In this document: piece by piece, positions 40,600 to 53,018 of the stretch
How positions within the stretch are numbered: position 1 is the first letter of the stretch
Layout of the letters: every line of letters starts with the position of its first letter
Source of the DNA: Cycas panzhihuaensis
Lineage: Eukaryota; Plantae; Cycadophyta
Assembly (NCBI GenBank): GCA_023213395.1
Contig: CM041465.1
Location: forward strand, 126,239,741 to 126,303,740
Direction: 5' to 3'
DNA length: 64,000 bases
Made by a program: the position numbers and the translations under genes
Notes under the pieces: generated by a model
Seen by the model: the letters and a program-made list of their open reading frames with translations, nothing else
Told to the model about the DNA's origin: nothing
Database searches by the model: none

Positions 40600-41095
40600 G
40601 ATCACCTCTCTCATCTAATGGTTAAATCTAGGTTCAAAGAAAGTGATCTACCTTATTTGTAAAAGAATAAGTACTTTGAGATATTATGTATCTTGATGTA
40701 TTTTGTATATGCAAGAAGATAATTTATATCTTCTTGTTGTTTAGGAGATTAAAGTCAAATAATTATTGTTGAACTAATTTCTAGGTGTGATGTTGATGTA
40801 CTCTAAAGTAAATAAATGGCAATTCATTATTTTGAATCAAATAAGAAAACCAATGACAAAAAAGAGTTAAATTTAAGAATCGAAATGTTTACTAGATTTA
40901 ATAAAGAGCGAGAAGTCGTTTTCTTTCATTGTGTTTGACGTTACTAATATTGACAACACAACGTAGATGACGACTATCGTGAGCGAATGATTCCTAGGGA
41001 TTACATCTACGCTCATTTTAGTTTGTAGAAATGGTGCTTCAAAGCTTCCTTAGCAGAAAGACGCTCCTTGGGTCAAACTTCAACAAACCTAGAAG
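40600..41095 (-). pseudogene. LAMMER kinase 3'-end fragment, monomer copy
   Basis: Counterpart of 18918-19416. Confidence 0.88.
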
Positions 41096-42802
41096 ATGGG
41101 GTGTTGTTTGAAGAAAACCTCTTCTTTAAGGTCTCTATTGAGGAAAGTACCCTTCACATCCATTTGTTAAATATGCCGATTAAATTAGATTGCTAAGGAC
41201 ATAACCAAATGGAATGTGATCACATTACACGGCAAAGGTCTTGTCATAATCAATCCTCTTGTTATTTAAAACCTCTCGCTATAAGGCGAGCTTATGAAAG
41301 TGTCATACTTTGTAAGGCCTTTTAGTAGTTATGGGAGGAGGAACATCCATTAATAATTATTATACCCATTAGGATGTAGTTGAATGCTAGTGGCTTCCAC
41401 CTGAAGTTCATCAACTAAAATTGGAGCTAAAGTTATACTTTCTTGAGTTGTTGATGTAGATGCTACTGAATCGATGAAGGAGCTGGAGTGTAGGAGGAGG
41501 TTAGTTTTGGTGGCTCCACAATTTGTCCAAGAATCACTTAACATACACAAACTACTTCTACTGCTGTAATATAAGGTTGAGGTGAAGGTAGGTCCTATGA
41601 ATCTTCTATAAATATTATATCCCGTGGTTATGTAAACTTGGTTACCAACTATGTCAAACACTTTATAGGCTTTACAACCAAGTACATAGCTAAAGAAGAT
41701 GCATTTCAGTCTCTTGTCATCAAGCTTCTTTTTGTTTTCCTTTGAAATATATTTATATTCCATGCATCCAAAGATCTGCACGAGTACTATCGATGGTTTC
41801 TGACCTGACCAAACTTCTTCAAGAGTAATATTCCTGACTGCAATTCTAGGACTTATGTTGGTTAGATAAGTAGTTATGGTTGTGGCATCAACCCAAGATC
41901 CGTGGTCGATTTGCAACACTAAGCATGGATTTTCCTCTATTTATCAATGCCTAATTCATTCTTTTGGCTACACCATTTTGTTGAGGTGTGTGGGGAGTTG
42001 ATAACTGATGTTGGATGCCATGTTCCTTGCCCAAAATGTTGGACTGATTAGAAATATACTCAAAGCCACCATTATCAGATCTAAGGGGCTTGATTATCAT
42101 TCTACTTTCCTTTTCTATGGCAGCTTTGAACTGTTTGAATTTATTTGGGGTTTTATACTCATTTCTCAGGAAATAGACCTACATTTTCCTTGAGAAGTCA
42201 TCTATGAATGTGATGAAATGCGAGTTCATATTGAGTGGTTAGACAGGTACCAACCTGTAAATTTCTGGATGGACCATCTCTAACGGCGCTGGGGATCTCC
42301 ATGTGTTCTTAGAAGGAAAATTTTCTCGTTAGTGCTTTTCTGTTAGGCAAGCCCCACATATGTTGTTGTACCTCTTAATTTTATGTAAACCATGTACCAT
42401 TTGGAGCTTAAATATGAGGTCCAAGATTTGCATGTTTTAAATGACTTAGGCATTAATTCCATAGGTATACTTTGTGGAGCTATCTGAGATGACATTTTCC
42501 TTTCAATATGAGAATTCACCCGGTTCTTATATACAAAGGGATTCTTCATTAACGACTTCATTTACCTTATCAATTTGAGCTATGTTGGGCATTGAACAAG
42601 CTTCATTTTATGGAGTAGTTGTAATGGGGATACCACCCGACCTATATAGGCCACCATCTTCATGTCTTGTGGCCAGAGGTTTGCATGTTGCATGATCTGC
42701 GATGCGATTCTACTAATGCCCTAGCCAAAGAGGATATCTAAATGATGTTTGTTTATTTCCTTGATAGAGAGCAAGTTCGTCTCCATTTCGGGTGCAAGGA
42801 AA
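41096..42802 (-). mobile_element. Degenerate copia INT/partial RT, truncated monomer
   Basis: Counterpart of 19417-21130. Confidence 0.85.
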
Positions 42803-43208
42803 TGATCACCTCTCTAATCTAATGATTAAATCTAGGTTCGAAAAAAGTGATCTGCGTTGTTTGTAAAAGAATAAGGACCTTGTCATATTATGTATCTTGA
42901 TTTATTTTGTATATGCAAGAAAATAATTTATATCTTTTTGTCGTTTAGGAGATTAGAGTCAAATAATTATTGTTCAACTAATTTCTAGGCGTGGCGTTGA
43001 TGTACTCTAAAGGCAATTCATTATTTTGAATCAAATAAGAAAAATCATGACAAAAAACAATTAAATTTAAGAGACGAAATGTTTACCAGACGAATAAAGA
43101 GCGTAGAAGCCGTTTTCTTTCATTGCGTTTGGACGTCACTAATATTGACAACACAACGTAGACGACGCACTATCAGGAGCGAATGATTCCCAGGGATTAC
43201 ATCTACGT

Positions 43209-44380
43209 TCATTTTAGTTTGAAGAAGTGGTGGTTCAAAGCTTCGTTAGCGGAAAGACGCTCCCTTGGGTCAAACTTCAACAAACCACGAAGCAAATCAA
43301 TGAGGGCTTCTGATGAGGGATCCCCATTTTGATTGACAAGATTCCGCAGGCGAGGCAATCTCTGGACTAGTCGAACTCTGTCTCTGGATGCAGCCCCCCG
43401 TGGCCAGTTGAGTTCCCTACCATTTCTAATGTACTTCCTTCCACAATCAGCAGCCCATTTTATCATATGTTGAGGAATTGGTCCCAATACCCGTTGCATC
43501 ATTGCAAGGTGTTCCAAATCATCATCGGTCTGAAAAAGGGCATTTCCACAGAATAATTCCGCCAAAACGCACCCAACACTCCACAAATCGATAGGATAAC
43601 TCCATCCAACACCCATTACCACCTCAGGTGCTCGGTAACCTCTCGTGGTAACTACCTTGCGATGGTATTGGTTCTGGAATGTGGCATTACCAAAATCTAT
43701 GAGTTTAATTGCACTCGACGAGGGAATGCACTTATAACGATTCTTACGATCCGAAGAATTCTTGTCATATTCCGAGGAGACGAGAAGAATGTTATCAGGC
43801 TTTAGATCAGTATGTGAGAGAGTGAGCTCATGAATGAATGCAACAGCCTCCAACAGCTGACGTGCGAATTCCCGAATCAGAACAACAGACAAGGGCCGGT
43901 GATTGTTTCTACGTAATAAATCGTATAAACTCGGTCCAAGCTTTTCACAAACAATGCACACATGGGCACCAAAATGAAACCAAGTCTTCAATTTCAGGCA
44001 GCCCGGGATCCATTGGTATCAAACTCTGCTATCCTGCGAAGAATGTCAATTTCAGTCATAGCTGCAACACCATATTGCCATTCACTGCGGATAACCTTGA
44101 TGGCTACATGCTCTTGCTTTTCACCGTCCCAACAATCTAAAACTCTACCAAAAGTTCCTTCGCCCAGTTTGCTAATAATCCTGTACCGAGATGTTATGTT
44201 TTCTCCAACCTCAAACACGTAGTGCCCATCTTTGTTATCCGGTCGCCATGGATGGGACGCAACAGCATGTACATGGTTAGATCTCATCTCATCACGCTCC
44301 TTTTTCTTCCCGTGATTGGACCGTGACTCTTTAATACGACGACTTGTGGAAGGTTGTTTATAATAAACTGCGCTCTCCAT
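43209..44380 (-). pseudogene. Second copy of the intronless LAMMER kinase with a 1-bp frameshift (pseudogene or consensus error)
   Basis: Matches 21537-22709 except CCCC->CCC at 44002-44004 and one E->K change (CGREY/CGRKY). Split into ORFs 43994-44380 and 43209-43991. Confidence 0.85.
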
Positions 44381-45259
44381 ACCAAAACCTCTTCCAAGAG
44401 ATCAACCGAGCGATTATTTCAGCGTGTGTATCGAATTATTTTCGATCCTAGATACTTTGCAGAAATTATTGAACCGCACAATAACAGTACACACAAGTTA
44501 AAGCGCCTCCACACACAATCGAATTGTGATGTCTTACCGTACAGCTTCCTACTTACTATATATGGATTCAGGTATGCGTGCGGCCGACTTATAGCTGAGG
44601 CGGCCCACAACACACAGAGACACCATAGGCATGTCCTTATTCAGCACGTCTCTCTGCTCAGAACTCCTCCCCGTCCTCTTCCCTTAGGGAAGGATAGCAT
44701 GGAGTAATTTTATTGGACGGCTATGCCCTTGCCAATACCTCTCGTCATCCCAAAACTAGAACACTTTACAAAGAATCGCATCAAGGACACGACTAAGGAA
44801 ACCGTCATAGCGCATGTGAAACCGAGTCAACTCATTATCTTCTAAAGACGCTTCATACCATTAATGCTCTCATTTACTTAGAATAACGGTTCATACTCCA
44901 CCTTGCTCTGGAACCTTATCTTAAATCCTACCACCGTGTCTTCATTTCACAATTGTTGAAGGCACTTATTTCTAAAGGACATCCGATGTTGCCACTAGAA
45001 TGTATCTATGATGATGGAAATGTAAGATAGAAGCCACAGCCAATAACGTGGTATCAAATGATAGCTTGCATACTCAAAATTAAGGCTCTCTCAAACATTA
45101 TTAATGGAAATTAGAAAAGACTTGAAAAGTGCGTTAACGACAAGAACTCAAGCACAAACAAACCATAATAAATACGAATAATGGAAAATAGAAAGAACTC
45201 AATCTATGGTTATTTGGAAATGCCATTTATGGATACAACGTTTGAGATGGGTTATGCTA

Positions 45260-46236
45260 GAAGGATTACAGTGGGGTTTATCAGAGATGATGGAAACATG
45301 ATATGAACCGTCATGAACAACCTCAATTACTGCAAAAGTACCGTGCCAACAAGAATGAAATTTATCGATGCAAATTCATCATTAACTTTGTCAAAAAGAA
45401 AAATGAGTCCAATGGGGTAAAATAAAGAAAGAAAAACAGTTTGATCATATTTTAAATTAGGTTGCATTTTGATATCTTCTAGATTGTTTAAGTAACACAG
45501 GCTATCTTCACCAACCTTTTCTAGCTTAATGAGCCAAGTCTCAAATGCTATGCAATTCAAAAGTTGGTTGCAAATATCTGAATAAAGGGAATGAATTTTA
45601 CTTTTAATGGGAATTATAGATTCTAGACCATAAACTAGAGAAGATGTGACAAATCCATTAGCTATCATGACAATGGATCAATTGAGATATAAGGATGGAT
45701 AAATTTAACAATGCTAATAATTTTTGTATTCGTGAATGATAGTTTTCAAGAGTGATAATCAAGAGAAGGGTGATACGAGACAATGTGAAAGGTAAGGTAG
45801 ATACACGTGTTATATTTGGCAATGGAGCTATAAATGTTGAATATATTGTCATATAAATATGAGATGAGAATAATTGGTAGGGAAACAAGTTGGGGATGAG
45901 AAGTATATGGGCGGTGGCGGTGTAAGTGAACGCAATGAATGTGGGCACTTTAGAAATAGAGTCATGGAGTATTAATTCAATGAGTATTAAGGGTTTTTTC
46001 ATAAATATGATGATCTCGATACGCAAGTAGTGATTGTCTAGATGATGGTAAAAGAAATAATGTTAGGAGGTTAACCATAATCAAAGGTTATAAGAGAGTT
46101 AAATTCAAGAATGGTACGGACTTGTATATAATAATGGTTATTAAAATTGACATCTATAAAGACTAAACAAAATGACAACTATTAGGTAATACAAGGTAAT
46201 ATGGTAGTCAGTAGCTAGGTGTGTGTAATGTTACTA
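45260..46236 (-). mobile_element. Degenerate Ty3/gypsy integrase fragment (duplicate)
   Basis: Copy of 23590-24560; ORF 45327-45668. Confidence 0.65.
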
Positions 46237-46509
46237 GCAAGCGTAACATTATGGGAAGTAAAAGTGATAAGCATGATGCAATGGTGCTATTTTAAGGCAT
46301 TTACTTAGATACATACAATTACCTCATAATTCTATGGGGTTGGTAGGGAGTTAATGAACGATTGCATTGTAAGATCTCCATCAACGTGACTTAAACAATT
46401 TGCATAAACTTTTCACTATTTATATACACACATAAGCAAGGAAGTTAATAGAGATTACCTAAGAGTTATCAAAGTACAAAAACCTTTGCATGGGTCAAGG
46501 TTTAGAAAT

Positions 46510-49500
46510 TGTTAAGGAACTCCTTGCAAAGGATGTCTCTAGTGTTGAATACTTCAGAATCTAAGAAATCATGTGCTTTGATCAATATATTAAGTAAAAT
46601 AATATAACTATGCAATAAAACGTGTGAAATAAATAAGCATAACTCAGATGGACAAAGTACAGGTGGATTTGCCACCACATAGAGCTCTATTTGGGAGGAT
46701 CTTCTACATTAATCATAATCCAATGTATAACACAATGGTGCGAGTCTTAATTTATAGTCAACTTGCCAATACTTGAAAGATGCAATAGGCTCACTAAGCA
46801 ACAAATAAGGCGGATCTGACTAGTTTATATAATAACATTAAATTATAACAAAGGGTCGCCTTAATATTATACAATGTGCACAAATTATATGAAGTACAAG
46901 AAATGATGGGTGTTATTACATGGTTTTAACACCATCCCTTAATAGGAGCTTCATTTCTTCTGATACCGAGGTCATGTCTAAACCGTTTAAACTTTGATTT
47001 ACTAAGAGCTTTGGTGAAGATGTCCACAACCTGGTCCTCAGTTGGATGATAGATTTAAATTAGCTTCTCCGTTCTAGACATGTTCATGGATGAAGTGATG
47101 ATGGATCTCAATGTATTCGGCTCTATCATGAAATACAGGATTCCATCTCTGATACACTTTGATTGTGGTAATCGAGGATGATGGGTGCATGTCATTGAAG
47201 TCCAAGTTCAGTAAGAATGCTTTTAAGATAAATCAACTCAGTTGTATGATGGACAACTGCTTTATATTCTATTTTGATGGAGGAAATAGAAACACTTGGC
47301 TGCTTATTATAGCTCCACGAGATTACAACTAAATTTACGTCAAAATAATAACCTGAAGTTGAGTCGTGAGTATCTTGGCAACTTGCCCAGTCAGCATCTA
47401 TATGTCCTTTTAGTATAGGGGGATTAGATTAGTTATAGTTAACGCCAAACTGATGTGTGCCATGGATATATCTGAGAATCCTAGTATAGGCTTTCTAATG
47501 ATATACTTTTGGTTATGACATGTACCTAGAATAGATCTCTACTACATATAAAATATCCATACGAGTGTGGGTGAAATAGATGAGGTTTCCAACTAATTGT
47601 TTGCACAAAGTGGGATCAAAAGGCTTTCCTTGTTTATCTAGGTTTGGGTTAGTTCCTTTCTCCATAGGAATTTATGCTGTTTTATATATTGTCATCCTAA
47701 ATTTTTCTAAAAGCTCATTGGCATACTTTGTTTGAGTCAGGAAGATGTGTCTTAGTTCTTGTCAAACATAATGTTCAAGGAAGTAGTGGAGTAACCTACG
47801 ATCTGTCATCTCAAAGTTACCTCTCAATTATGATTGAAGCCAAGCAAGGCCATCTGTGTCATTGTCAATGATTGCAAGATCATTTACATAGAGAACAACG
47901 ATTGTGGTCAAATTATCTCTAGCCCGAATGTAGAGATCTAGGTCATAGGGTGAACAATTGAATCCGTGCTAGTTAAGGACATCATCAATCTTTATACACC
48001 AGGTACATTGTGCTTGTTTCAGTCTATAGATGGATTTTTCGAGTCTACATACTGAGTATTCTTATCTTGGACTAGTATAGATGGGGTGTTGTTTGAAGAA
48101 AACCTATTCTTTAAGGTCTCTATTGAGGAAAGTACTCTTCACATCTATTTGCTAAATACGCCAATTAAATTAGATTGCTAAGGACATAACCAAATGGAGT
48201 GTGATCACATTAGCTACCAGTGCAAAGGTCTTGTCATAATCAATCCCCTCTTATTATTTAAAACCACTTGCTATAAGGCGAGCTTTGTGAGTGTCATATT
48301 TTGTAAGGCCTTTTAGCAATTATGGGAGGAGGAACATCTATTAATAATTGTTATACCCATTAGGATTTAGTTGAATGCTAGTGGCTTCCACCTGAAGGTC
48401 ATCAACTAAAATTAGAGGTAAAGTTATACTTTCTTGAGTTGTTGATGTAGATGCTACTGGAATCGATGAAGCAGCTGGAGTGTACGAGGAGGCTAGTATT
48501 GGTGGCTCCACAATTTGTCCAAGAGTCACTTAAGATGCATGAACTTCTTCAACTGCTATAATATAAGGTTGAGGTGGAGGTAGGTCCTATGAATCTTCTA
48601 TAAATATTATATCCCGTGTTAATAAACTTGGTTCCCAACCATGTCAAACACTTTATAGGCTTTCCAACCAAGTACATAATTAAGGAAGATGCATTTCAGA
48701 CTCTTGTCATCAAGCTTGTGTTTGTTTTCCTTTGAAATATGTTTATATTCCATGCATCCAAAGATCTTCACGGGGGCTACCAATGGTTTCTGACATGACC
48801 AAACTTCTTCAAGAGTAATATTCCTAACTACAATTCTGGGACTTATGTTGGTTAGATAAATAGTTATGGTTGTGGCATCAACCCAGGATCTGGTGGTAAG
48901 ATTTGCAGCACTGAGCATTGCTTTTCCTTTATTTATCAATGCCTAATTCATTCTTTTAACCACACCATTTGGTTGAGGTGTGTGGGGAGCTGAGAACTGA
49001 TGTTGGATGCCATGTTCCTTGCCCAAAATGTTGGACTGATTAGAAATATACTCGCCACCATTATCAGATCTAAGGAGCTTGATTATCATTCTACTTTTCT
49101 TTTCTATGGCAGCTTTGAACTCTTTGAATTTATTTAGGGTTTTATACTTATTTCTCAGGAGATAAACCTACATTTTCCTTGAGAAGTCATCTATGAATGT
49201 GATGAAATGCCAGCTTTTATTGAGTGGTTAGACAGGTACCAACCCGCGAATTTCTGGGTGGACCATCTCTAACGGCGCTGAGGATCTCCATGCGTTCTTA
49301 GAAGGAAAATTTTCTCATTAGTGCTTTTCTATTAGGCAAGCCTCACATATGTTGTTGTACCTCTTAATTTTATGTAAACCATGTACCATTTGGAGCTTAA
49401 ACATGAGGTCCAAGCTTTGCATGTTTAAATGACTTAGGCATTAATTCCATAGGTATACTTTGGAGCCATTTGAGATGATAATTTCCTTTTAATATGAGAA

Positions 49501-51065
49501 TTCACCTGGTTCTTATATATGTGGGACTCTTCATTAATGACTTCATTTACCTCATCAATTTGAGCTGTGTTGGGAATTGAACAAGCTTCATTTTATGGAG
49601 TAGTTGTAAGGGGGATACCACCCAACCTATATAGGCCACCATCTTCATATCTTATGGCCACAAGCTTGCACGTTGCATGATCTGCGATTCTACTAATGCC
49701 CTAGACAAAGAGGACATCTAAATTCGGTTTGTTTATTTCATTGATAGAGAGCAAGTTCATCTCCATTTCAGGTGCAAGGAATATATTATTGATGTGGTGC
49801 CTCATATTGGAGTCCTTCAAAGCTATTGGAGCCCTACCAATTTTGGTCATTATCGTAAGCCAAATTATCCCCAAATGTGATAGTTTGAGTATCGACTGGG
49901 CGAGTCTCTTCTAACATTTTTTCTAATCCGATCATATATCTCCTTGCACCTGACTCAAGAAGCCATGCATCCTCATCAAGTTGTGCAGAAAGAGCTGTAA
50001 AAAATAGGTGATGGAAGGAGGAATCCTAATTGTGTACCACATTACTTCCGTATTATTTATTATTATGCTGGTTTCTTTAATTTTTGATAGTGAATTACTG
50101 CTTATTTTGAGGTCTTTCTCCTTGAGCAGGTCTCAGATTCCAATTATGTTGGTAGAATTGGCCTTGTGGTTGGAATGATGACCCTTCTTATTGTTGAATA
50201 AGGCCTCTTTATTGGAAATATGGGCCTCCTTGTTACAAAATAAGACCTCGCTATTATGGAAACGGGGCTCTTTGTAGAAGGCACGATCCTCCTTAGTAAT
50301 ATCCTTGTCTCTATTAAGAGTAACTAGGACCTCTTTATTGATATGAGGGTGGTCCTTATTAGTAGGTTAGGCCTAATCGTTGATAATAAGAGGTAGCTTA
50401 TTAGAAGCGAGGCCCATATGATTGACTCAATTGATTTTACAAGAGTTGTGAATCAACTTGTCCTCACTTGCATTAACAGAAGTGTCTTTTTTTATCATAG
50501 TAGAGGCAACTGACATCTGGTCTAACCTATTAATTCTTTTAAAGTTGTGCATATGGCTGGTATTGAGACTGCCGATGCCAATGAGTTAGACGGGAGGAGG
50601 AGGTGTTAATTGGTTATTACTTTTAGGTTGGTTGTTGATATGGCTCTTGGGATATGGTCAGAGAATCTAAGTGTTGAGTTAGATCTTGGTGTTGACTAAG
50701 TTGTTGAGTTGATCTATTGATAGTCTTACGCTTTTCTGAGTTATGGGCTGTAAAGGTAGGAGCGGGGTTAGATATACATGTCGCCCCAAGTCAGTCAGTT
50801 GAGTATATTCTCCTCTTATAACAAGAGTTCCTCGCAGGTTGTGAAGTCTATTTTGGAATAATTACCATTTAATTTGGAAACAAAGGAGTTATATTCTATA
50901 GGTAGGATGTCAATGATGCTAGAGATTAAATCATGGTTTGAAAGTGGTTCATTAAGGATTATAAGTTAGTTCCTAGTTATTTTGATTTTAATCAAGTGGT
51001 GTGCAACGCTGCAAAAAAATGTATACTTTTATCAAAACGTTATGAACTTAAAGAAGATAAGTCAT
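46510..51065 (-). mobile_element. Old degenerate copia element with putative 3' LTR (46510-46931), RNase H and RT (duplicate)
   Basis: Copy of 24834-29389. Confidence 0.85.
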
Positions 51066-52519
51066 GAAAATAAGATTAATTTTAGATTCACGTATTCATT
51101 ATAGGGTGTACCCTATGCTTGGCACAAATAATTATACCCAACTAAGACATGGGAGAATATTATGAAGTAATTTAAGGAGATATTGTAAAAGTTTTTAAGT
51201 AATGAGGTAGTGGAGTTATCTCTCAAGGAAATGAGATAAAGGCTAGTAGAATTACTTTTAATACGTATATGAAAAATAAATATTAAAGTTGTAAGTATTA
51301 TGAATGGAGAAAAAATCATGGATTATAATAAGAGAAACTATTTTATAAATGGGCTAAATTCTAAAGTAAGGGCCATAATGGTGATTCATTCCTTGAAATG
51401 CTTCCATTTCACACATGAGTTGGTATTACACTTTGAGAAAGAGATGGGCATTTAAAAGGGCAGCCATAAACCTTATTATTTAGATCACAAGATAAAATGT
51501 AATAATTTAGAAGCCAAAATATAAATAAACCTTGCTATTAAGAAACAAAAATAAAGGAGACCTCAAAAGTAGAAGCCTTTAAAAAGGAAGTCACAAGATT
51601 AAAGTTATAAAGAAAGAAACATCAGCTTACTAAGGAGAAGAAGAATAAAAAAATATAAGGGTAACGAACCGTAATTGAAGAAGTGGTGTCACATTTGTGA
51701 TAATAATTCATATTCTAGTAAAAAATGTGACCTAAATGAGAGGAATAATATGGTAAAAGAGTAAAGTACATGGTGTTATATTTATGATATGTATAACCAT
51801 AATATGAATAAACACTATTTTAATATATGTAAAACAAACCAATACGGTACAAGTTATGGAAGAAGGAACAACTTAACCATGATGCAATATACTAATGACG
51901 CAGGAAGGCATGTGAAAAAATAATAATGCATGAAGAGAGAGTAAAGGAAATGTACTAAACTAACTAAAATAATAGAGATAAAATTGATCTATCCTCATAG
52001 AAAATACCTATAGAGAGATCAAACATCACCTAATAAGAAGGCTGTTAAAATCTAAGAGGTCCACTAGAGCATATATGCCTAAACTATTGAGAAAAGTATG
52101 TGCTTGGCCTATTGCGTATACCCTTTATAAAGAAGAATATCCTATCCTAACCCATACTCTTAAATATACCTAAAACACTAGACTCAATCTTAAAATATGA
52201 GAAGGGACTAACTAGAGTAAGAGGCCTAAAGGAGTTAAGACCACATGATCCATATGATCATTAGGTAGGTTCTTGGAAAATTATCAATAGCAGTGACTCA
52301 TCTCACATAAGTTTGAGATAGGCTAACAGTACATGCATTTAACTCCAACTAGCATCAAGCTCTAATAGGTAAAATAAAAAGAGGCCACTGCTCTCAATAA
52401 GATGCATAGAGTTCACTCAGTTGTTGAGGCCACACATATAAACGCATAGTGAGGGTAGATGCCCACCATTAGGCCAATCAGAATATGAATCATAAGACTC
52501 TTCTCACATAAGGCCAAAA

Positions 52520-53018
52520 GATCACCTCTCTCATCTAATGGTTAAATCTAGGTTCAAAGAAAGTGATCTACCTTATTTGTAAAAGAATAAGTACTTTGAG
52601 ATATTATGTATCTTGATGTATTTTGTATATGCAAGAAGATAATTTATATCTTCTTGTTGTTTAAGAGATTAAAGTCAAATAATTATTGTTGAACTAATTT
52701 CTAGGTGTGATGTTGATGTACTCTAAAGTAAATAAATGGCAATTCATTATTTTGAATCAAATAAGAAAACCAATGACAAAAAAGAGTTAAATTTAAGATT
52801 CGAAATGTTTATTAGATGAATAAAGAGCGTAGAAGTTATTTTCTTTCATTGCATTTGGACGTTACTAATATTGACAACACAATGTAGATGATGCACTATA
52901 AGGAGCGAATGATTCCCAGGGATTACATCTGCATTCATTTTAGTTTGTAGAAATGGTGCTTCAAAGCTTCGTTAGCTGAAAGACATTCCCTTGGGTCAAA
53001 CTTCAATAAACCTCGAAG
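52520..53018 (-). pseudogene. LAMMER kinase 3'-end fragment, monomer copy
   Basis: Counterpart of 30846-31341. Confidence 0.9.
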
